Virus record (IMG/VR): IMGVR_UViG_3300009161_000223
Coordinates: 1-24,368 of that record
DNA length: 24,368 nucleotides
Strand: one strand, 5' to 3'
Origin: a virus
Taxonomy: Duplodnaviria > Caudoviricetes
Part shown: piece by piece, positions 8,314-15,978 of the stretch
How the letters are laid out: each line of letters begins with the position of its first letter
Position numbering within the stretch: position 1 is the first letter of the stretch
Translations under genes and position numbers: made by a program
The notes under the pieces: model-generated
What the model was told of the DNA's origin: nothing
Database searches by the model: none
The model's input: only the letters and a program-made list of their open reading frames with translations

Positions 8314-10833
8314 TTATCCGTTAAATGCTGCTCCAGTTGGTAAGATGTTGAAATCAATTTGAATGAATTCAGCGGTTCTTGTTGGTTGTAAGTAGATAGC
8401 ACCTTTCATAATGTTTCTATCAATTACATCTGGAGTATTATTAGAATCGTCCATTACAACACGGAATGCGTACAAACCTTGTCTTTGTTGGATTGATTCT
8501 AAATAAGGGTTAACAATATTTAAAAATCTGTTTCTTGTTTCTGCTGTGTTTTGTTCGAATACTAAGTATCTTGAAGTAGATGCGATGTATTTTCTTACAG
8601 TTAATAATAATCTTCTTACATTGATTCTATCTAATGCAGATGGTTTATCTTGTAAAGTTTTTTGACCGAATACTACGATACCTTGTCCTGGGAATTGAAC
8701 GATTGGATTTACCTTTCCTTCATATAGAGTATCTTTTTCAGACTGAGTTAATCTATTCAATACACTAACTGCTCCTACTAAACCACCTCTATTCAAACCT
8801 GCTGGTGCGAACCACTCAGCTGCTACTCTATCGTTTGCTGCGAATACGCCAGGTAATAATACTGAAGGTGGAACTGAAATTAATTTGTTTGTATTAACAT
8901 CAATTGTCTTAACCCATGGGTAGTAAGTTGCTGTCATATTTGAATCTATTGCGTCTGCTTGTGTTGTAGCTTGTGAAATTGAATCATCCGCTGCATTTGT
9001 ATCCATAATATAGAAACAATCATCTCTTTGTTCAACCATATCTAAAACTGAAGTTACTACTGAAGTGTGATGTCTTCTAATAACACCTGGAGTTACAACC
9101 ATATTGATATCAAATTCGTCAGCGTTAGATAATGCAGATATGTGTTTACCATAAGCTACCGAACCTGAAGATAATGAAGTTGATAAATTAAATCCTTGTG
9201 AGTTACCTGCAATTATATTTGTTCCAGTATAAATTGGAGTTGTTGGATTCATACCATCAAATCCTTCTTGGAATGCTACAACAAATTGTGCATTTGCATC
9301 ACCTACTGATAATGTACCACCATTTGTTGCGTCTAAACCAAATACTGAATTAGAACCTATACCTGCTCCTGTTGGAATTGCTTTAATATAAATTGAGTTA
9401 TCAGTATTACCATCTAAATCAATACCACCAACTACAGTTGCTGAAGAACTTACAAATGTTACTGCAGGAACCAATGCTCCTACACCAGCTGATGCTGAAA
9501 TAGGTAATTGATATGCTGCGTGTGCAAATGGAACTGCTTGAACTGGTGCTGATTCATTTAAGTTTTTAATTCTAATATATTTTGAATTATTAACCCAATC
9601 TCCTGTTTCAGAAATTTTACCATCTGATGCGATTGTTCTTTTTCTATCACCAATTACTCTACTAATATAGTTTGGTGAGTTAGGGTCTAAGTTTACATTA
9701 GAATAAGTTTCTAATACATTTTTCTTTTTGTTTGTGTCAGAATATCCTCTTACAACTAATGTGAATGTACCATAATCTGTACCATTTACACTACCTGCTG
9801 CTTTAATATTTGTAATACCAATTTTAACTTTTGTATTTGCTGTATTTCCTGCACCAATCGTTTCAATTTGGAACAGATTGTATCTATCACCGGAAATTGT
9901 TTGAGATTTGATATATGGAGTTACTGCTTCTTGTGCATCAAATGTAAATAATTGGTCACCTAATAATGTTAAAGATTGAGTTGCAAATGCGTTTAATGAT
10001 ACGGAATGGTTATTAAATAAACCATATACATATGCACCCTTAGCTCCGATTGCAGATGTGCCAAATGTTGATTCGATATCGTTTGTATCTTCAGAATCTA
10101 CCGATGATGTTCCTGCAAAGTTTGTTGAACCTGTTATACTAACAATGAAATCTCCGTTAGATAATGATGTCAATATTGAACCACTCAATCCTGTTGTTAA
10201 TGTATTTTTATCACTAGGGAATAAAATACCTACTGATGCAGATGCTGCTAAATCTCCATTTATTAATATGGATACAGATGAACTACCAGCTCCTTGTGTT
10301 GCAGATTGTGATACATATACATTGGTAGGTAATACTTTACAACCATTACCAAATTCAGTTAATGAAACGGCTGTAACAATACCGGCTGTAATAGTCGCTG
10401 TTGCAGTTGGTTGAGTAGTATTAAATGTACTACCTTCAAATATTAAATTAGCCGTACCAGTTGTTGTATTATTTGATGCGGTATAACCACTACCTCCTGA
10501 TATTAATGATAACGATGTAATTTGTCCTTTATTTGTAGAATTTATTAGTAAAGGATTTTGTGCAGTATATCCACCGATACCTGCTACTCTACAAATAGTT
10601 GCAGTTCCAGCTTCTCTTAAATATGATTGTACTGCTAAAGGAGTATAATATGTGTCATCTACTACTCCGTATAATGTTTCAAATTCAGCTTGTGAATTTA
10701 CAATTGTTGGTACTAATGGGCCTTCTTTGAAAGGGCCTATGAATGCTGCTCCGATGTCAGCTACACCTTGTTGTAAGAATGAAAGGTCGTTTTCTTTTGT
10801 AAATACGCCTGGTGATACTATCTTTTCTGCCAT
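8314..10833 (-). CDS. gp18: Contractile tail sheath protein (T4 gp18-like)
   Basis: 839 aa: N-terminal VSPGVFTKENDLS...AFIGPFKEGP; C-terminal YYPWVK, WFAPAGLNRG, GQKTLQDKPSALDRINVRRLL and LQPTRTAEFIQIDF. Confidence 0.96.
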   Translation of the reverse strand: MAEKIVSPGVFTKENDLSFLQQGVADIGAAFIGPFKEGPLVPTIVNSQAEFETLYGVVDDTYYTPLAVQSYLREAGTATICRVAGIGGYTAQNPLLINSTNKGQITSLSLISGGSGYTASNNTTTGTANLIFEGSTFNTTQPTATATITAGIVTAVSLTEFGNGCKVLPTNVYVSQSATQGAGSSSVSILINGDLAASASVGILFPSDKNTLTTGLSGSILTSLSNGDFIVSITGSTNFAGTSSVDSEDTNDIESTFGTSAIGAKGAYVYGLFNNHSVSLNAFATQSLTLLGDQLFTFDAQEAVTPYIKSQTISGDRYNLFQIETIGAGNTANTKVKIGITNIKAAGSVNGTDYGTFTLVVRGYSDTNKKKNVLETYSNVNLDPNSPNYISRVIGDRKRTIASDGKISETGDWVNNSKYIRIKNLNESAPVQAVPFAHAAYQLPISASAGVGALVPAVTFVSSSATVVGGIDLDGNTDNSIYIKAIPTGAGIGSNSVFGLDATNGGTLSVGDANAQFVVAFQEGFDGMNPTTPIYTGTNIIAGNSQGFNLSTSLSSGSVAYGKHISALSNADEFDINMVVTPGVIRRHHTSVVTSVLDMVEQRDDCFYIMDTNAADDSISQATTQADAIDSNMTATYYPWVKTIDVNTNKLISVPPSVLLPGVFAANDRVAAEWFAPAGLNRGGLVGAVSVLNRLTQSEKDTLYEGKVNPIVQFPGQGIVVFGQKTLQDKPSALDRINVRRLLLTVRKYIASTSRYLVFEQNTAETRNRFLNIVNPYLESIQQRQGLYAFRVVMDDSNNTPDVIDRNIMKGAIYLQPTRTAEFIQIDFNILPTGAAFNG

Positions 10834-10868
10834 TTTATATGCTTTAATTTAAATTTATTAGTTCTCAA

Positions 10869-10877
10869 TATAAATAT
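10869..10877 (-). promoter_or_regulatory. Putative late promoter ATATTTATA
   Basis: 35 nt upstream of the sheath ATG. Confidence 0.7.
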
Positions 10878-10904
10878 AAAATTTTCAATCAAAACAACAA
10901 AATC

Positions 10905-12632
10905 TTATTTGTATGTTGGAGAGAAATAATCGTATACTTGTCCTACTGATGCTGCTGATTGTAATGTGTTATAGAATAATACAGGTCCAATTTGTCCGTT
11001 CCAGAATGTTGTTCTTGCACTATTACTACCAATTGTTAAATAGTTTGTTGATGCTGGTGCCGTAAATGCTGCTGCGGTAAATGTTCCTACCGATGTTTTA
11101 TCTACATAAACCGTTACAGTTCCTGATGGTTGGAATGTTGCTGAAATCATATACCAAACATTTGCTGATAATGAAGTCGTTAATTGTGCACTATTTCCTA
11201 ATGTACTACCATAGAATTTTACTCTATTTAAAGTAGAACTATCTGATGATTCAATTGCCAAACCATAAAATCCTGCGTAGTCAAAAATGTGTCTTGTAGT
11301 TGTACCTAATGTTGTAGTAGGTCTTACCCACATATGGATTGTACCTGAAGTAGTATTAAATTGTGAAATACCACCATTAATATTTGTAGTAGTATCTTTA
11401 TACCAGAATTGAGTTGTACCATTTGCACTCCAAGATTTTTCTTTTCTACCTACACCATTATTATAAGATGGGTTACCACCTGTAATACTTGCTGCGTTTG
11501 TTACACCTGCAGGTCTTACACCGGTATTATATCCACTCATATCTAACCAATCTGCCGTTGCAGTACCTGCCGTAGATGATGCCTTTGATGGGTCAACATA
11601 CATTCTTAATCCTGCAGATGGAATATATGGTTGAGTTTCTGTTCCTTTGTTGTGAGATATAATACCATTTGCTAAATATACATCGGCATTTTCAACATTG
11701 AGTGTTACAATCTCAACATCAGCAGTTACTACTTCAATATTAATTACTTCGACTTCATTTAATCCGTTGGTTTCATCATATGTTATTACTAAATCTCCAG
11801 GTAATACATCTTCTATATTTTTAAAATGATATTTTTGAATTTCATTATCCCAAACCCAAAGAGGGTGAGTTCCAGTTGCTTTAATTAAACCATTGTTTAA
11901 ATCATAATATCCACTTGCAAAGTTGAATACAACATCTGATACAATTACTTCTTGATGTGTACCTGATTGGTTTTCTAACATATAAAATCTCCAATCAACA
12001 TTTTCACTATCCATATCTTGTGACTCATCTGGTAATCCTGTTGGAACCCATGCTTTAATTGAATCACCTACTGAGATATCTTCAACATTGACAATACTAC
12101 CATCTGCTTTAGTTATTTTTGTACCAAATAATAAACAGAAGTCAGGTTGGTTAATAGTATTATAAACATCTACTGCGTATAATGTTTTAGTATATGCAGT
12201 TCCGTAGTTTGTTGCGGCAGTATTATAACCATCCTGATATTTCATCGTTAAAATTGAACTAGCTTCCGAATAGTTTGCTGCTGCAACTGCTGCAGGTGTT
12301 AAAGGAACTATGGTTGGGCCTGTTCCAAATGTTCTAGTTCCTGCTGTAAAGTTTACATTATCAAATGAACAAGTATAATTGTTTGCAACTTGTTGAACTT
12401 TGGAATAAAATAAAGAACCTGTTGAACTAAACGAAAATTGTGCATTTTCAGTTGTACTTTCTACTACATAAGTAAAAGTTGGAACTGTTACTGTAATAGA
12501 ATCGGTTGCAAATCCTAATAATGAACTATTTGCAGTGTTGCCACCCAAACCACCAATTGAAACTGTTCCTGGTCTCGCTGAACCACTTACTGCTCTGTAT
12601 AAATTTCCTAACGATAAATTTGTTCTTGCCAT
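10905..12632 (-). CDS. Putative virion protein with a central Hint (intein-like) domain and a C-terminal LamG/concanavalin A-like domain
   Basis: 575 aa. Hint domain at aa 166-328 (CLLFGTKITKADG...TGTHPLWV...VYLANGIISHN). C-terminal part has GLRMYVDPS, GTIHMWVRP, WYMISATF, VTVYVDKT and LTIGSN...FWNGQIGPVLFYNTLQS, typical of LamG-like folds. Confidence 0.85.
   Translation of the reverse strand: MARTNLSLGNLYRAVSGSARPGTVSIGGLGGNTANSSLLGFATDSITVTVPTFTYVVESTTENAQFSFSSTGSLFYSKVQQVANNYTCSFDNVNFTAGTRTFGTGPTIVPLTPAAVAAANYSEASSILTMKYQDGYNTAATNYGTAYTKTLYAVDVYNTINQPDFCLLFGTKITKADGSIVNVEDISVGDSIKAWVPTGLPDESQDMDSENVDWRFYMLENQSGTHQEVIVSDVVFNFASGYYDLNNGLIKATGTHPLWVWDNEIQKYHFKNIEDVLPGDLVITYDETNGLNEVEVINIEVVTADVEIVTLNVENADVYLANGIISHNKGTETQPYIPSAGLRMYVDPSKASSTAGTATADWLDMSGYNTGVRPAGVTNAASITGGNPSYNNGVGRKEKSWSANGTTQFWYKDTTTNINGGISQFNTTSGTIHMWVRPTTTLGTTTRHIFDYAGFYGLAIESSDSSTLNRVKFYGSTLGNSAQLTTSLSANVWYMISATFQPSGTVTVYVDKTSVGTFTAAAFTAPASTNYLTIGSNSARTTFWNGQIGPVLFYNTLQSAASVGQVYDYFSPTYK
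11649..12137 (-). other. Hint domain, 163 aa, no homing endonuclease
   Basis: Cys1 codon at 12135-12137, block-B TxxH (TGTH), terminal His-Asn at 11649-11654; the next residue is Lys. Confidence 0.85.
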
Positions 12633-12643
12633 AGTATAAAGTG

Positions 12644-13642
12644 TTATTCTCCGTTATAAATATCTAAAAGTTTTTGTTTCCACTCATCTTTATTAGAAAA
12701 GTTTTTAATCATCCAATTTTTAAGTTTTTCAAATTCTGCTTTACGGGTTTCGTAATCATCCTGACAAATTGTTTCGTAGGTTTTTTTAAATGTTTCCTCA
12801 TCAATCGCTTTGTACTTATAGTCAAGTGGAACATGCCATGTTTCATGTAATATTGGTAATTTACCCCAATCGACTGCTTCAAATATTCCATATCCAAATG
12901 GTTCATATTCAAAACAAGAATGAGATATTCCCCAATCAAGTCCATAGAACTTTTCTTTATATTTGTAATCAAACTTGTAAATTTTTGATTTCTCAAATTT
13001 GTATCCATATTTCTTTTTGTAATATTTGTTGAATGTTTCTGAATTAGTAGAAATGTATCCACCTAACCCATTCATATATTCAACATTCTTTCTACCTTCA
13101 ACTCTTGCTGCGTATCCTAATTCTATTGAGTTTGAAAGTTCGTTGTTTTGTATAAATCTATAATTATTTGGTATATGATGTAAGTTTTCTGTTTGATATG
13201 GAAAATGATATAATCCTACCCAAATTTTATTTTTTATTTTATTTATTAATTCTGTTTCCCATTCCCAATTTCCGTACCAATGTAAATATTCATCTTTTCC
13301 CATTTGTGCCATTAAAGACACCTTTGTAAGATTATGAAACACAATGGAATCAATCCTTTCTAAATTGTTGTGAACTGCAGTAGTTGGGGTGTAATGACCA
13401 TGTAATATATGTATTTTTCTTGCACCTTTAAGAATTTCATCAATTTTTAACTCGTTGGTTTCCCAAATATGGTCTATGTCAATTGGAAATTCTTCGTAAT
13501 TTGTAGGTTTGTGTCTATGGAAAAGAAGAAGTGGCTTAACATTTAAGTTAGGTGCCACTTCTTTTATCCAATTAGTTACCCATATATCAGCTCCACTATT
13601 GAACCAGGGTCCTCCTGCGGTAGTGTAGTATACATCGTACAT
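12644..13642 (-). CDS. Glycosyltransferase, GT-B fold (GT4-like)
   Basis: 332 aa: N-terminal SGADIWV (GG-x-E-like loop), IHILHGHY, YAARVEGRKN and the E-x7-E motif EPFGYGIFEAVDWGKLPI. Confidence 0.8.
   Translation of the reverse strand: MYDVYYTTAGGPWFNSGADIWVTNWIKEVAPNLNVKPLLLFHRHKPTNYEEFPIDIDHIWETNELKIDEILKGARKIHILHGHYTPTTAVHNNLERIDSIVFHNLTKVSLMAQMGKDEYLHWYGNWEWETELINKIKNKIWVGLYHFPYQTENLHHIPNNYRFIQNNELSNSIELGYAARVEGRKNVEYMNGLGGYISTNSETFNKYYKKKYGYKFEKSKIYKFDYKYKEKFYGLDWGISHSCFEYEPFGYGIFEAVDWGKLPILHETWHVPLDYKYKAIDEETFKKTYETICQDDYETRKAEFEKLKNWMIKNFSNKDEWKQKLLDIYNGE
12655..12663 (-). promoter_or_regulatory. Putative late promoter ATATTTATA inside the 3' end of the glycosyltransferase gene
   Basis: Formed by codons GAT ATT TAT AAC (DIYN), 22 nt upstream of the Hint-protein ATG. 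Confidence 0.65.
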
Positions 13643-13663
13643 CTATTATAAACCTTTTGAATA

Positions 13664-15628
13664 TTATTTAGACTTGCAATTATCGCATTTACATTCGTAA
13701 TTTTCTAAATCTATTCTTAATTTTTCTATTTGTGTTTGTTGTTCTTTAATACCTTCAATTAATAATGCTACTAATTTATCGTATTTAACTGCTTTGTATC
13801 CTGTTTCTCTTGTTGTTACTAATTGTGGTAATACTGCTTCAATTTCTTGTGCAATAACACCGACATCATTTCCTTCAAAACCATGGAACTCTTTCATGTC
13901 TGCTTTCCAATCATAAGTGTTACCACTAATCATTCTGATTTTTTCTATTGGATTTTCGATTGGAGTAATATTCTCTTTAAAGTTTATATCTGATGTAGAG
14001 TATGCTACAACATCACCACTTGCGTCAATTCTACCCGCAGTTGCTGATGCTGCCATACCAATACCCAATGAGTTAAATCTAACATCGGATGTAGTCAATA
14101 AGTTTTGGTTAATAACTGTACCATATCCAGTTGTTGAACTTAAAGTTACTTGTGCTGAACCACTTACTATTCCTGCTGGGATAGAAGAGATACTTGCGTA
14201 TGTAATTTGAGATGAACCTGATACTAAGTTTGGTATTGTTATATTTGCAGAACCATCAAATGAAGTTCCGTTAATAGTTCTTGCATTTTGTAAGGTAGTT
14301 GCAGTTGATGCATTACCTGTCAATGCTCCGGTAAATCCTGTTGAAGTTACTGAAGTTAAACCTGCTAATGAAGTAGATGTTCCACCTAATGCAGTTGATG
14401 TTGAACCGATTGTAATAGTATTTGTAGTAATTGCAGAACCAACTACTTGTGATGAACCCGAAATAACTGTATTAGAGTTTAATTGAGTTTTGATACCAGT
14501 AGACCAGTTTGTAGTTGCAGTTGCATCAATTTGTGATGAACCAGATACTATACCTGATGGGATAGATGAGATACTTGCGTAAGTTATTTGAGATGAACCA
14601 CTTACTGTACCTGTTGGTAAGTTTGCAATTGTTTGTGAAGAACCTGAAACTACACCGGTTGGTAATAATGCTGGTATTTGAGTTGAACTCGAAACTACTG
14701 AATCACCACCTACTCTTAATATTGCTAATTCACTTCCTTTAGCACCTGCTATCCATCTATCGTTTGTAGTATCCCATAACATAGAACCTGTTGCTGTATT
14801 TCCACCTGCCGCATCTTTAACATACATACCACCATTTGTAGTAAGTGTTCCGTTTAATACTATAATATTGTCACCAATGTTTATATTTGTTGAGTCAATT
14901 GTTGTTGTTGTACCATTTACTACAAAATCACCACCTACTGTTAAACCAGTTGTTGTAGTAAGTGAACCTGTAATTGCTACATTATTTCCAAATTGAATTG
15001 CATTACCACCTGAAGATGTTATTTTATTACCATCTTGAACTTGTACCGTTCCTTTAAGTGATATAACACCCGTAGTTGGGTCTAAAACTACATCTCCACC
15101 ACCTGATGATGCAAATGTAAGATTTCCGTCTGCAGTTTGTAATGTAATTGTGTCAGCAGAAGTTTCTAATAATTTTAAAGATTGTCCTGTGTCAGTTGTT
15201 AATTGTAAGTCATTTGCGGTTGACGAAAGAATTGCTGTACCATTCATATATAATGAACCGGTAGAAATATATAAGTGTCTCCATTGTTTAGAAGGAGAAC
15301 CCAAATCGAATGTATTAGTTAATGAAGGAATTATAGATGAACTTAAATTTGCGGTCATTGCTACAGTATCGGATGTATTATCACCGATTGTAATGTTACC
15401 ACCTAATGTTAAGTTACCATCAATTTTTGCGTTTCCTGTGATGTCTAATGAAGAACCTGAAATACCAGCGAATGTAGCTGCACTTCCTGTTCCTGATGCT
15501 CCTAGTGTAATATCACCAGTTGCTCCACCTACTTGTAATGTTCCTAAGTCTGTGTTTATGTATGGTTCTCCGAATGCTAACGAACCGGATTTCTGTGCGG
15601 TGGTACCGCGTCTAAATTTAAGTCCCAT
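13664..15628 (-). CDS. Tail fibre protein with a C-terminal peptidase S74 intramolecular chaperone
   Basis: 654 aa: N-terminal LKFRRGTT...LAFGEPYIN, VSGSSQ repeats, ATTLQNARTINGTSFDGSANITI fibre motif, then STSDINFKENI...GVIAQEIEAVLP...VKYDKLVALLIEGIKEQ. Confidence 0.9.
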   Translation of the reverse strand: MGLKFRRGTTAQKSGSLAFGEPYINTDLGTLQVGGATGDITLGASGTGSAATFAGISGSSLDITGNAKIDGNLTLGGNITIGDNTSDTVAMTANLSSSIIPSLTNTFDLGSPSKQWRHLYISTGSLYMNGTAILSSTANDLQLTTDTGQSLKLLETSADTITLQTADGNLTFASSGGGDVVLDPTTGVISLKGTVQVQDGNKITSSGGNAIQFGNNVAITGSLTTTTGLTVGGDFVVNGTTTTIDSTNINIGDNIIVLNGTLTTNGGMYVKDAAGGNTATGSMLWDTTNDRWIAGAKGSELAILRVGGDSVVSSSTQIPALLPTGVVSGSSQTIANLPTGTVSGSSQITYASISSIPSGIVSGSSQIDATATTNWSTGIKTQLNSNTVISGSSQVVGSAITTNTITIGSTSTALGGTSTSLAGLTSVTSTGFTGALTGNASTATTLQNARTINGTSFDGSANITIPNLVSGSSQITYASISSIPAGIVSGSAQVTLSSTTGYGTVINQNLLTTSDVRFNSLGIGMAASATAGRIDASGDVVAYSTSDINFKENITPIENPIEKIRMISGNTYDWKADMKEFHGFEGNDVGVIAQEIEAVLPQLVTTRETGYKAVKYDKLVALLIEGIKEQQTQIEKLRIDLENYECKCDNCKSK

Positions 15629-15678
15629 TTTAGTTTACTCTTTTTTTTAGTTAAAGTATAAGAAATTCCTTATACCTT

Positions 15679-15687
15679 TATAAATAT
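15679..15687 (-). promoter_or_regulatory. Putative late promoter ATATTTATA
   Basis: Immediately after the TAG at 15688-15690 and 50 nt upstream of the ATG at 15628. Confidence 0.7.
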
Positions 15688-15978
15688 CTATTTGTTTTCT
15701 AATTCCTTTACTTTTGCTGATAATTCTTTTATAGATTCTATTAAAAGTGGAATTATTTTTTCATAATCAACTGCCTTATATCCATTTTCTCTATTTACAA
15801 CAACTTGTGGAAGAACTTTTTCTATTTCTTGTGCTATAACTCCAACATCGTTTCCTTTGTGAGAATGTATTTCTTCGAATCCTTCTTTCCAATCATATGT
15901 GTTACCACTAATAGATTCAACTTTTGATAATGCGTTTTCTATTGGAACAATATTTTCTTTTAATCTAACATCGGATGA
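15688..15978 (-). pseudogene. In-frame peptidase S74 chaperone domain cut off from 15979..17922 by one TAA
   Basis: Same frame continues for 96 codons: SSDVRLKENIVPIENALSKVESISGNTYDWKEGFEEIHSHKGNDVGVIAQEIEKVLPQVVVNRENGYKAVDYEKIIPLLIESIKELSAKVKELENK-TAG (15688-15690); no in-frame ATG. Confidence 0.9.

Noticed and set aside
1-10833. Bacterial contractile injection system or tailocin rather than a phage
   Set aside because: No bacterial housekeeping genes or eCIS ATPase are visible, and the single-strand dense layout, multiple S74 fibres and phage-like late motif favour a phage; capsid genes are not in the window, so this is not fully excluded.
11649-12137. Canonical mobile intein
   Set aside because: No homing endonuclease, and the +1 residue is Lys rather than Cys/Ser/Thr; treated as an intein-like Hint domain instead.
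12709-13062. 117-aa minus-strand ORF
   Set aside because: Nested out of frame inside the glycosyltransferase gene with no recognisable features.
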